From: Alphaproteobacteria bacterium
GTDB lineage: Bacteria; Pseudomonadota; Alphaproteobacteria; UBA2966
Direction of reading: 5' to 3'
DNA length: 64,000 nucleotides
NCBI GenBank assembly: GCA_964291395.2
Contig: OZ219856.1
Span: forward strand, 1,536,001 to 1,600,000
Positions 9,699 to 19,165 of this stretch are shown here, piece by piece. The first letter of the stretch is position 1. Each line of letters opens with the position of its first letter. The notes beneath the pieces are model-generated. The model was not told where the DNA came from. It ran no database searches and saw nothing but the letters and a program-made list of their open reading frames with translations. The translations under genes and the position numbers were made by a program.

Positions 9699-11363
9699 AT
9701 GAAAGCCTCCGATCTGTTCGTGCGCTGCCTCGAAGCCGAGGGTGTCGAGCGGATTTTCGGCGTCCCCGGCGAAGAGAACGCGGATGTCATGATTTCGCTG
9801 CTCGACAGCAGCATCGAGTTCGTCCTGTGCCGCCACGAACAGGCCGCGGCCTTCGCCGCCGACGCCTATGGAAGATTGACCGGCAAATCGGGCGTGTGCC
9901 TCGGCACGCTGGGGCCGGGGGCGACCAACCTCGTCACCGGAGTCGCGGACGCCAACATGGATCGCGCGCCCGTCGTCTGCATCATCGGTCAGGCGAGCAC
10001 GCGGCGGCTACACAAGGAGTCCCACCAGAACATGGACTCCATCGCCATGTACCGCCCGATCAGCAAATGGGCGCACACCATCTGGGATCCGGCCGCCATT
10101 CCCGAGGTGGTTCGCAAGGCCTTCAAACTGGCGGAAGCCGAAAAGCCCGGCGCCGCCGTCATCGAGTTTCCCGAGGACATCGCCGAAGAGGAAGTCGAGG
10201 GTGATCCCATGACCGCCAGGAAGACGCGCCGCCCGGCGGCCGATCACAAGGCGGTTACACAGGCCGTCGACCTCATCGCGGCGGCCGAGAGCCCGATCAT
10301 CCTGGCCGGCAACGGCGCGGTCCGAAAGCGCGCCGCGCACCAACTGCGGCGCTTCGCCCACAAGGCTGGAATCGGCGTGGTCAACACCTTCATGGGCAAG
10401 GGAGCCGTGCCCCGGAAGGACGCGCATTGCCTGTTCACGATGGGCCTGCAAGGTCGCGACTACATCAACGTCGCGATGGATGAATCCGACCTGATCATCG
10501 CGGTGGGGTACGACCTGGTCGAATACGCGCCGGAGTTCTGGAACAAGCACGTCGACAAGAAAATCATCCACATCGATTTCTGGCCGGCCGAGATCGATCA
10601 TCGATATCCGGTGGAGGTCGACATCGCGTCGGACGTCGCGGACGCGCTCTGGCAGATCAACGAGGCTCTCGACGAGCGTTTCGACAATCAGGGCAAGCTG
10701 CCGCTGTTCGACATCGCGGACCGGCGGAAGCTCCGCGACGCCATCCTCGATGACTTCGCGATGGAGAAGGACGATTCGTCGTTCCCGATGAAGCCGCAGA
10801 AAATCCTGTGGGACGTGCGCGAGGTCATGGGTCCGGAGGACATCCTGCTGTCCGACGTCGGAGCGCACAAGATGTGGATCTCACGCTACTACCAGTGCGA
10901 CGAGGCCAACACCTGCCTGATCTCGAACGGCTTCTGTTCCATGGGGTTCGCCCTGCCCGGTGCCATGGGCGCCAAATACGCCCATCCCGACCGAAACGTC
11001 CTGGCCATCAACGGTGACGCCGGCTTCCTGATGAATGTCCAGGACGTCGAGACGCTGGCCCGCTACGAACTGCCGGTCACGATCATGGTCTGGTGCGACG
11101 GCGAGTACGGTCTCATCAAGTGGAAACAGCAAAACGCCTTCGACGGCCGTCACTCGCACCTCGCGTTCAACAACCCGGACTTCGATCACCTGGCGAAAGC
11201 GTTCGGAATCTGGGGAAAATCCGTCTCGTCGTCCGACGAGCTCAAGCCCGCGGTCGAGGAGTCGTTCCGTCAGAACGGTCCCGCCTTGATCGCGGTGCCG
11301 GTGGATTACGGCGAGAACACGAAGCTGACCCGGCGGCTGGGCAACCTCAACTTCTCGATCTGA
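9699..11363 (+). CDS. Acetolactate synthase large subunit-like ThDP enzyme
   Basis: FGVPGEEN, RHEQAAAFAA, TLGPGATN and GDAGFLMN ThDP motif. Confidence 0.92.
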   Translation: MKASDLFVRCLEAEGVERIFGVPGEENADVMISLLDSSIEFVLCRHEQAAAFAADAYGRLTGKSGVCLGTLGPGATNLVTGVADANMDRAPVVCIIGQASTRRLHKESHQNMDSIAMYRPISKWAHTIWDPAAIPEVVRKAFKLAEAEKPGAAVIEFPEDIAEEEVEGDPMTARKTRRPAADHKAVTQAVDLIAAAESPIILAGNGAVRKRAAHQLRRFAHKAGIGVVNTFMGKGAVPRKDAHCLFTMGLQGRDYINVAMDESDLIIAVGYDLVEYAPEFWNKHVDKKIIHIDFWPAEIDHRYPVEVDIASDVADALWQINEALDERFDNQGKLPLFDIADRRKLRDAILDDFAMEKDDSSFPMKPQKILWDVREVMGPEDILLSDVGAHKMWISRYYQCDEANTCLISNGFCSMGFALPGAMGAKYAHPDRNVLAINGDAGFLMNVQDVETLARYELPVTIMVWCDGEYGLIKWKQQNAFDGRHSHLAFNNPDFDHLAKAFGIWGKSVSSSDELKPAVEESFRQNGPALIAVPVDYGENTKLTRRLGNLNFSI

Positions 11364-11383
11364 CGACGCCCGTCGGCGCCGCG

Positions 11384-11845
11384 CTAAATCCGGCGCTCGC
11401 TCGCCTCGACAAGGTGGCAGCCGTTAATGCGCCAGGAACCGTCGGGCTGGCGCTCCATGGGGTAAAGCGCCATCACGGCGTCTCCGTCCTGCCCCTCGAA
11501 GTAGACGGACTGCACCGGGCCTACATCTTCCACGTGACGGAGTTCGCGGAATTCCACCACCGAGGGCCGGTAGACCTGCCGATAGCCCCGCCTGACCATG
11601 ATCATGAAGCGCTCGGGCGTGACGAAGGTGTGTCGGATGCCCGGCGCGGCGAGTCCGAAGGCCGCCTCGGCGTCATCGCGCCGAAAAGCCTCGAGCTGCT
11701 CCTCGATCACCGCCCGGATCGCGTCGCGGTCGGCCCGCGTCAGGGTCCCGGCCACCGGGTTCGAGTCCGCGGATGCCGCCGGCGCCGCAGTGTTGAACAG
11801 CAGCAGAACGGCGGCGGCGGAAATCAGTCTTCGCAACCGGATCAT
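11384..11845 (-). CDS. Secreted DUF4864-like protein
   Basis: Signal peptide; IRAVIEEQLEAFRRDDAEAAF...WRINGC. Confidence 0.8.
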   Translation of the reverse strand: MIRLRRLISAAAVLLLFNTAAPAASADSNPVAGTLTRADRDAIRAVIEEQLEAFRRDDAEAAFGLAAPGIRHTFVTPERFMIMVRRGYRQVYRPSVVEFRELRHVEDVGPVQSVYFEGQDGDAVMALYPMERQPDGSWRINGCHLVEASERRI

Positions 11846-11920
11846 GCCATCTGGCCCGTTGCGGACAACCTGTGCATCCTAACGACGATGGTCCCGCCTG
11901 TCTCCCCGCGGGCGCCCGGA

Positions 11921-11960
11921 CGGTGGGACTAGGCGGGACTTGGCGGGACTTGGCGAAACT
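11921..11960. repeat. Four degenerate tandem 10-mers (consensus TGGCGGGACT)
   Basis: cggtgggact aggcgggact tggcgggact tggcgaaact. Confidence 0.6.
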
Positions 11961-11983
11961 CCGGCCCTCCACGGCGGGCTCGC

Positions 11984-13588
11984 TCAGCCCCCGCGGCGAG
12001 CCGGCCGGCGAATGAGAAAGCAGGCGAGCGTGGCGATCACGAACACGACCCCGATGCCGTAGAACATGTCGTTGTAGGCCATGATGAGCGACTCCCGCTC
12101 TACGAGCGTATCGAGAGCCGCGACGGCCTGGTCCCGCGCCTGCTGCAGGTCGCCCGTGTAGTCGAGAAAACGTTGCGTGAGCAGCTCCAGACGGGATGCC
12201 GTCTCCGGGTCCGCGGACGACACGTGCTCGCTGACGTGGTCCGCGTGAAACTCGGAACGCCGGACGATCCCCGTCTTGAGGGACGCGATGGCGATCGCTC
12301 CGGCGAGGTCCCGGGTCCAATTGATCAAGGCTGCCGCCGACCCCTGGTTGGACGCCTCCATCGCCGCCGTGGCGACTGCCGCCACCACCACCATGATGAA
12401 GGGCTGGCCGAAACCGCGGATCACGTTGATGACCATCAGGTCCCAGTATCCGGTGTCGTAGCTCATGCCGACGTTGAGGAAACAGCTCGCGGCGAACAGG
12501 GCGCAGCCGAATCCCATCAACATCCGGTTGTCGACCCGGGGTATCAACCACAGCACCAGGAGTCCCGAGACGAACTGCGGGAACCCGATCCACATCAGGA
12601 CGGTGCCGACCTGTCCCGCGGTGTACTGAGGAACCTGGATCAGATACAGCGCGACCGTGAATTGCGCTCCGAACACCCCCACCCCGAAGGCGGCGGCGAC
12701 GATGCAGCACAAGAGGAAATCGCGTCGGGCATAAAGTCGGAGGTTGATGTAAGGGTCGCGATGGAAGAGCTGGACGAGCAGGAAAACGGTGAGCAGCACC
12801 GCTGAAATCATCGCCAAACGCGTGATGAACTGCGATTCGAACCAGTCGTTGCGATTGCCTTCCTCCAGCACGACGATCAGCAGCAGCAGGCCCGTCGCCA
12901 TGAACATGATGCTCAGCCAATTGACCCTCCGCAGCAGCGCAAGCTGGCGGGGCGACGGGTCGAGACAGATGAAAAGCGCCGCCAGGACGAACGCCGACGG
13001 GATCAACTGCACGTAAAACACCAGGGTCCAGGAGAACTCCTCGGTCAACCAACCGCCGAGCGCCGGCCCCAGCGACGGGGCGAGGGCGATGGCGATCCCC
13101 CAAAACATGAAAGCGACCGGCCGCTTCGCCACCGGCAGGGTGATCAGCACGATGTACATGGACATCGGGATGAGCGCGCCGCCGAAAAAGCCGCTGATGA
13201 AGCGCATGCCGATCATCGCCTCGAGGTTCCAGGCCAGTGCGCAGCCCACGACCGAAATCATGAACAACGCGATGTTCCAGACCACGTAGGTCCGCACCGA
13301 GAAGACACGCACGAACCAGCCGGTGAGCGGCATGGAGACGAGCGAAGATGCGACGTAGGCGGTGGTGATCCAGGAGGCTTCGGTCAGAGTCGCCGACAGG
13401 GCTCCCTGGATCTCACGCAGCGAGGCATTGGTAATCTGGATGTTGAGCACGGCGACGAACGAACCGGCAATGGCGCCGAAAACGGCAATCCATTGACGGA
13501 GCGTGACGTTCTCCCGCTCCGCCGATTCCGAAGACCGTGTTGCCGTTGACCCCTCCGGTGCGCTTTCCGCCACCGCGGACGGCGTCAA
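11984..13588 (-). CDS. DHA2 family MFS efflux permease (EmrB-like)
   Basis: Multi-pass membrane protein; SWITTAY, APSLGPALGGWLT and LEEGNRNDWFES motifs. Confidence 0.92.
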   Translation of the reverse strand: MTPSAVAESAPEGSTATRSSESAERENVTLRQWIAVFGAIAGSFVAVLNIQITNASLREIQGALSATLTEASWITTAYVASSLVSMPLTGWFVRVFSVRTYVVWNIALFMISVVGCALAWNLEAMIGMRFISGFFGGALIPMSMYIVLITLPVAKRPVAFMFWGIAIALAPSLGPALGGWLTEEFSWTLVFYVQLIPSAFVLAALFICLDPSPRQLALLRRVNWLSIMFMATGLLLLIVVLEEGNRNDWFESQFITRLAMISAVLLTVFLLVQLFHRDPYINLRLYARRDFLLCCIVAAAFGVGVFGAQFTVALYLIQVPQYTAGQVGTVLMWIGFPQFVSGLLVLWLIPRVDNRMLMGFGCALFAASCFLNVGMSYDTGYWDLMVINVIRGFGQPFIMVVVAAVATAAMEASNQGSAAALINWTRDLAGAIAIASLKTGIVRRSEFHADHVSEHVSSADPETASRLELLTQRFLDYTGDLQQARDQAVAALDTLVERESLIMAYNDMFYGIGVVFVIATLACFLIRRPARRGG

Positions 13589-14694
13589 TTGCCACCCTCC
13601 CGCGTCGTCGCATCGGCCGCCAAGTCACGGAGGCCGCGTGCCGAGCGCTTGCGCTGCGCCTCGGTCCGCGTGTCGACCCGGGTAACCACCGACATTCCCG
13701 GCCGCAACCGGCCTTCCAAGGCGTGCCCGGGCTCCAGAACGATCTTCACGGGAATGCGCTGAACGACCTTGGTGTAATTGCCCGTCGCGTTATCGGGGGG
13801 CAGCAGGCTGAATTGGGACCCGCTGGCAGGCGACACGCTGTCGACACGGCCCTGCACGGTCACGCCCGGAAAGGTGTCGACCTCCACCACCACCTGTTGA
13901 CCGGGCTTCATCCGGGTGAGCTGCGTTTCCTTGTAGTTGGCAACGATCCAAACGTCCCGCAGGGGAACGACCGCGGCGAGCCTTGCGCCGGGCCGCACGT
14001 ATTCCCCCCGTTCGACCCGGAGATTGCCGACGACGCCGGAAGCGGGCGCGTTGACGACCGTGTGGCGGAGGTTGATTTCGGCCAGGGTCAGTTCCGCCTC
14101 GGACCGCTGGATCTCGGCCTCGACTTCGGCCCTTCCGGAGTCGATGACCGCGCGTTGCCGTTTCTCCGCCGTAAGGCGCGCCCCCGCGCGCGCGACTTCG
14201 GCCTCCGCGCCGCGTTCTTCCGCCACCGCGTCGTCGTGACGCCGTCGGCTGGCCCATCCCTGGTCGGCCAGGGCGTCTGCGCGCCTGAGTTCCTTGCGGC
14301 TTCGGTCGGCGTTGGCCTGCGCCGCGCGGACCGAAGCCGCGGCCTCGTTGATGAGAGCGGTCTGAAGCGCCCGCCGCTGGTCGAGGTTGGCGAGGGCGGC
14401 CCGCTTCTCGGCAAGTTCCGCCCGGGCCCGCGCGACTTCCGCCCGGAAGGAAGAGTCCTCGATGCGCAGGAGAACGTCGCCGGAGGCCACGGAGACGTTG
14501 TCGTCGACGAGGACCTCGGAGACGTACCCGCCGACCTTCGGGCTGACCGCCGTGATGTCGGCGTGGATGAACGCATTGTCGGTCTTTTCGACGAACCGCC
14601 CGGTCAGCCACCATTGCCAGCCGAATACGGCGCCGCCACCCAGCGCCGCCAGGACGAGTATCACGATCAGAAACGACCGCACCCCACGCTTCAT
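13585..14694 (-). CDS. HlyD/EmrA family membrane fusion protein
   Basis: TDNAFI, ANYKETQL and LLPPDNATGNYTKVVQRIPVKI motifs. Confidence 0.93.
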   Translation of the reverse strand: MKRGVRSFLIVILVLAALGGGAVFGWQWWLTGRFVEKTDNAFIHADITAVSPKVGGYVSEVLVDDNVSVASGDVLLRIEDSSFRAEVARARAELAEKRAALANLDQRRALQTALINEAAASVRAAQANADRSRKELRRADALADQGWASRRRHDDAVAEERGAEAEVARAGARLTAEKRQRAVIDSGRAEVEAEIQRSEAELTLAEINLRHTVVNAPASGVVGNLRVERGEYVRPGARLAAVVPLRDVWIVANYKETQLTRMKPGQQVVVEVDTFPGVTVQGRVDSVSPASGSQFSLLPPDNATGNYTKVVQRIPVKIVLEPGHALEGRLRPGMSVVTRVDTRTEAQRKRSARGLRDLAADATTREGGN

Positions 14695-15061
14695 GCCTCT
14701 ACACCCGCTGTCATGCTCCCCCCTGGCGCCGCACCGCTCCGGACGGCCCATCTTAACCGACTTCCGCGCCGGCGTGCCCCCGACCGGCCGATAGCACGCG
14801 GCGTCCGGTCATGCCAGACGAGAATCGGGGTCCGATCCCGGCGTGCTCTTCCGTTGATAGGTCGAAGCCGACATACTCCGTCGCGGTCATTCTCCCGGTC
14901 GTCCATCGGGACGCATGCGCGACTCCGCGTCGGGGGCAGGAGCAACCGGCCAGGACCAGGTCACGTGCGGGAAGAGGCGGAGAAAGCCTGCAGACGGAGA
15001 AAGGCTGAGGCAACTTAAAACCTCGGAGCACAAACGCCCCGAAGCATGGGAAGGAAATGGG

Positions 15062-16555
15062 ATGGACGCCGCCCCTCGCCAGGAACGCATGTCGGAAGGC
15101 GCCGCCGTCAGGTCGCGTCTCGATCATCCCGTCATCGACACGGACGGACATTTCATCGAGATCGAGCCGATCCTGATCGACTACATCCGGGACGTCTGCG
15201 GCGCCGACCTCGCCGGACGCTATCGCGAGATGGTCGGCGATGGGCGCTTCTGGGCCTGGTACCACATGTCACCGGAGGAACGCCGTCACAAGCGCGTCAA
15301 CCGCCCGCCCTTCTGGGCCTTGCCCACCGCGAACTCCGCCGACCGGGCGGCGGCCATGATTCCCGGCGCCTGGCGCGCCAGGATGGACGAGTTCGGCATC
15401 GACCTCACTCTCGCCTATCCGACGATCTGTCTCATGCTCATGGGCATTGCCGACGACGAGATGCGGCGGGGCTTCATCCGTGCCGCCAACGTCATGACGG
15501 CGGATCTCTACCGGGGGTACGAGGACCGCATCGTTCCGGCCGCGACCATCCCGACCAATACCCCCGAAGAGGCCATCGAGGAACTCGAATTCGCGGTCAA
15601 CGGGCTCGGCATGAAGCTCGCCATGGTGAACGGCATCGTCCGGCGTCCCGCAGGTGCGACCAGCGCGGGGCTTCGCGCCATGTCGGCCGAGGAGAACTCG
15701 TACTGGGTCGACCCGTTGGGTCTCGACAGCGAGTACGACTACGACCCCTTCTGGGCGAAATGCGTCGAACTCGGCATAGCACCCACCATGCACAGCCACG
15801 CCATCGGCCTGTCCCATCGCACGTCCATCTCGAGCTACAACTACAATCATATCGGTCACTTCGCCGATGCCTCCGAAACGTCGGCGAAAGCCCTCTTCCT
15901 GGGCGGCGTCACGCGGCGCTTTCCGGAACTCAACGTCGGATTCCTGGAGTGCGGAGTCGGCTGGGCGGTCGCTCTCTACCACGGCCTGATGGAGCACTGG
16001 GAGAAGCGCAATCTCGGGGCCATGAAAGCCAATCTCGACCCGGCCAGGATCGACCAGCGGGCATTGGTCGAATACGCCGAGCGCTACGGCGACGAGCGCA
16101 TCGTCAGGAAGGTCCGCGAGACGGGCTCCCTGGACGGTCCGGAGTATTTCATCCAACCCGAGGACCCCGGCGATCTGGACGAGTGGGCCGCCTGCGCCGT
16201 CCGGACGAAGCAGGACATCCGCGATCTCTTCGTGCCCCGTTTCTACTTCGGCTGCGAGGCGGACGACAGGGGTGTCGCCTGGGCCTTCGACACCCGAGTC
16301 AACGCGCTCGGCGCCCGACTCAACGCCATGTTCAGCTCCGACATCGGTCACTGGGACGTGCAGGACGCCTCGAAGGTGCTGGCGGAGGCCTACGAACTCG
16401 TCGAGCGCGAGGTCGTGACGATCGACGACTTCCGGGACTTCACCTTCACGAATACGGTTCGCCTCCACGGCGGCATGAACCCCCGGTTTTTCGAAGGCAC
16501 CGTGATAGCGGACGAGGCGGCGGGCCTCCTCGTCCAGCCGAGGGCCGCGGAATAG
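15062..16555 (+). CDS. Amidohydrolase_2 family metal-dependent hydrolase
   Basis: VIDTDGH, FLECGVGW and FSSDIGHWD motifs. Confidence 0.88.
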   Translation: MDAAPRQERMSEGAAVRSRLDHPVIDTDGHFIEIEPILIDYIRDVCGADLAGRYREMVGDGRFWAWYHMSPEERRHKRVNRPPFWALPTANSADRAAAMIPGAWRARMDEFGIDLTLAYPTICLMLMGIADDEMRRGFIRAANVMTADLYRGYEDRIVPAATIPTNTPEEAIEELEFAVNGLGMKLAMVNGIVRRPAGATSAGLRAMSAEENSYWVDPLGLDSEYDYDPFWAKCVELGIAPTMHSHAIGLSHRTSISSYNYNHIGHFADASETSAKALFLGGVTRRFPELNVGFLECGVGWAVALYHGLMEHWEKRNLGAMKANLDPARIDQRALVEYAERYGDERIVRKVRETGSLDGPEYFIQPEDPGDLDEWAACAVRTKQDIRDLFVPRFYFGCEADDRGVAWAFDTRVNALGARLNAMFSSDIGHWDVQDASKVLAEAYELVEREVVTIDDFRDFTFTNTVRLHGGMNPRFFEGTVIADEAAGLLVQPRAAE

Positions 16556-16616
16556 GGCGGCGACTCACCGCCCGTTCGCACCGGCCCGCCCGTCATCCGC
16601 TTCTCGGGAAACACCC

Positions 16617-16743
16617 CGGCCGCCGGCGCTTCTATCCGGGGTTGGGCGAGACGCCTTTCCCCTTGTTGACGGGACGCGCCTTCTGGGCCGTCCGCTTGAT
16701 GACGTCGAGGTTCCTCATGGCCCGGCGTGCCGCCCGTCCCCCG
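16617..16743. repeat. 127-bp direct repeat, copy 1 (detached 3' end of gene 17990..18394)
   Basis: 124/127 identical to 17975..18101 by manual alignment. Confidence 0.95.
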
Positions 16744-17014
16744 AGCCGGGGGTTGTCGTTCGCCGCCATGCCGCGCATGACGGCAACCCCGCGATCCCCG
16801 CTCTCCGGCATCCCTTCGCGCCTCCCGCAACACCACGCTCCCGGGAGTCCATTTGGACCCGAGATTCGGTCATGTCGAACGGGACAGATAGGGGATTTCC
16901 TGCATGGAATCACACACTTGCGTAGCTCAGGGGAGTCATGGCCGGACAGGCGGTGCCTGGCGTGCGATCAAAAAACTTCTGCGATGCGCGTTCACGGAGT
17001 ACACCGGGCATCTT

Positions 17015-17434
17015 CTAGGCCGTCCACGGGTCGACAGTCTTCAATCCCGCCGCCTCGAACGGCGCGGTGTCCCGCGTCGCCACCATCGTGCCGTTGGCCG
17101 CGGCTGTCGCCGCAATGTAACCGTCGGACACCGGGATCGTCCGTCCCTCGGACCGCGCTTTCGCCATCAGGTCCGCATAGGCCTGCGAGGCCGCGAGATC
17201 GAAGACCAGCACTCGCCCGGCGAACATTGGCAGGACCTGCCCCTCGAGATCCTCGTCCAGTCGATCACGGCGGCGGCCGGCCGGCAGCGACCGGATCCCG
17301 AAGCGCAGTTCGGCGACGGTGATGGCGGACAAATACAGCGTTTCCAACGCCTGGGCGTCGAGCCATGCGGCGACGCGCGGCTCCGGAGCCCTGCGCAGCG
17401 GCTCCGACACCACGTTGGTGTCCACCAGAATCAT
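17015..17434 (-). CDS. PIN-domain toxin (FitB/VapC-like)
   Basis: MILVDTNVVSE, DGYIAATA and ATRD motifs; ATGA overlap with antitoxin. Confidence 0.93.
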   Translation of the reverse strand: MILVDTNVVSEPLRRAPEPRVAAWLDAQALETLYLSAITVAELRFGIRSLPAGRRRDRLDEDLEGQVLPMFAGRVLVFDLAASQAYADLMAKARSEGRTIPVSDGYIAATAAANGTMVATRDTAPFEAAGLKTVDPWTA

Positions 17435-17682
17435 TCCAGATCGATCGGTCGGGCCGGAGCGGTGTCGCGTTGCGCGAAGCCCGCGAACTCCTCGTCCGTC
17501 AACCCGGCGCGTCGGCCGACTGCGGTCAGCAGCGTTCCCAGCGCGGCCCGCCCTTCCGGCAGCACCGTTTCCGCCAGGATGGCGCGCACCTCGGCCTCGG
17601 TGCTGCGGCCCCGCAGGGCGGCCCGCACGCGCAGGGCGCGATGCACCTCGTCGGGAAGGTTGCGCACGGTCAGCATGGCCAT
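17431..17682 (-). CDS. RHH antitoxin (FitA/StbC-like)
   Basis: [36 protein letters not shown]. Confidence 0.93.
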   Translation of the reverse strand: MAMLTVRNLPDEVHRALRVRAALRGRSTEAEVRAILAETVLPEGRAALGTLLTAVGRRAGLTDEEFAGFAQRDTAPARPIDLE

Positions 17683-17780
17683 AGTCGATTACCCATGATG
17701 CTTTCGATGCATGCAATATAGACTTATGAAGGCGTCCTGACAAACGCACGCGCCTTCGCGGTCCCGTCGAAGAGATCACG

Positions 17781-17975
17781 TCATTTGTTTGCCGCCTCCT
17801 CATGCATGGTGGGGAACCGACCGGCGGAAGACGTCCTGGCCCACCCATATCGGTGCATGATGACTGCCAGCTTCCTGGCGACTGCGACGACGGCCTTCTT
17901 GTGTCCCCGGCGCCGCGCCACGCGCATCCCCCAGCTCTTGAGGGCCGATGGCCGCGCGCTTCGCCTGAGCAGCAC
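17781..17975 (-). pseudogene. IS110-family transposase C-terminal fragment
   Basis: [32 protein letters not shown] motif. Confidence 0.8.
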
Positions 17976-18101
17976 GGCCGCCGGCGCTTCTAACCGGGGT
18001 TCGGCGAGACGCCTTTCCCCTTGTTGACGGGACGCGCCTTCTGGGCCGTCCGCTTGATGACGTCGAGGTTCCTCATGGCCCGGCGCGCCGCCCGTCCCCC
18101 G
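17975..18101. repeat. 127-bp direct repeat, copy 2
   Basis: Matches 16617..16743. Confidence 0.95.
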
Positions 18102-18394
18102 TTCTTCACGTTGCCGCGCACGTACAGCGCCCGGGAGGCTTCGATCTCGTCGAGCGCCGCGAGGATCTGCGGCGCGACGATGTTGATTCGGGTCCGGTCG
18201 GCGGCGTGCAGGTACTCGGCGTGCATCACGTCATGGTCGTCCGGTCGCAGGCCAAACTTGTGCAGAGCGACGTTGAACCAGTGCGTGCCGGCAAGCATGC
18301 ACCCCTCGATGACGGCCTCGTAGTCCCGCGCTGTGAAATGACGCATGGCGCGGGTGATCCTGTTCGCCTTGTCGCGGTGGAATTCGGGAGTCAT
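17990..18394 (-). CDS. Hypothetical protein (134 aa), paralog of upstream gene
   Basis: [12 protein letters not shown]...; ATGA overlap at 18391-18394. Confidence 0.8.
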   Translation of the reverse strand: MTPEFHRDKANRITRAMRHFTARDYEAVIEGCMLAGTHWFNVALHKFGLRPDDHDVMHAEYLHAADRTRINIVAPQILAALDEIEASRALYVRGNVKNGGRAARRAMRNLDVIKRTAQKARPVNKGKGVSPNPG

Positions 18395-18942
18395 CGGCGC
18401 TTCCTCCCCGCGGCGCCCCGGCTTGAAGCGGACCTCCGCGCAGTGCTCCGCGGCTTCGCCGCAGCCTTCTTCTCCCCGGCGCCGACTTCCTCGACGACTT
18501 CGCGGCACAAGGTCACGGCGGTCGTGTACGCGGCGTCGACGTCGCGGACGATCTTCTTGGTGATCTTCTTGCCGCCGCGCACGCAGGGGTCGCGCACGTC
18601 CTCGATCACCTGCATCGCCGCATAGGCTTTCTCGAGCTTGGGCGTCAGCGGCTTGGAGATCTCCGGCATGTGGATGTGGATGAGGTCGACATCCCACATG
18701 AACTTGGGTGTCCAGGACTCCGGTTGATCGTGCTTGCCGCCCTGCATGTACACGTCGACCGACTGGGTGCAGAAGTAGTCGCCGTCATCGGTCAGTTCCG
18801 CCGCGTGCAGCGCGGCGTTGATGGCGCTGGTGCCGCCGCTGAGCGACATCCAATACCACATCTCGAATTCCTTCTCCGGGTCGAGCTTGGCCCTGTAGCG
18901 CTCGAACCGTTTCACCTTCTCGAGGTGCGATGCGATGTCCAT
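18391..18942 (-). CDS. Hypothetical protein (183 aa) with basic C-terminal tail
   Basis: GGAGG RBS, host-like codon usage, motifs shared with downstream gene. Confidence 0.85.
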   Translation of the reverse strand: MDIASHLEKVKRFERYRAKLDPEKEFEMWYWMSLSGGTSAINAALHAAELTDDGDYFCTQSVDVYMQGGKHDQPESWTPKFMWDVDLIHIHMPEISKPLTPKLEKAYAAMQVIEDVRDPCVRGGKKITKKIVRDVDAAYTTAVTLCREVVEEVGAGEKKAAAKPRSTARRSASSRGAAGRKRR

Positions 18943-19165
18943 GGATCCTCCCTGATGTATTCGAGTCCCGCGACTCCTCCGCGGCCGTCAAAGCGGGACT
19001 CTAACGTGAATTCCCGGCGCTAGACCAGCCGTCGCCGAAGACCGGCTCAGGATGCCGACCGCGGCGGGAATTGCAGCGGCCTTCCGGCAGGGGCTGTCAG
19101 GACGTCCCGATCCGCCTATGCTCCGGACAATGCCGGGAAAGGGCGATGCCGGGAAGGGAAAGCCG

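Noticed and set aside
16793-16802. GATCCCCGCT matching the island core arm at 25079-25088
   Set aside because: A 10-bp GC-rich match is plausible by chance in 64 kb, and no accompanying arm-site pattern was seen
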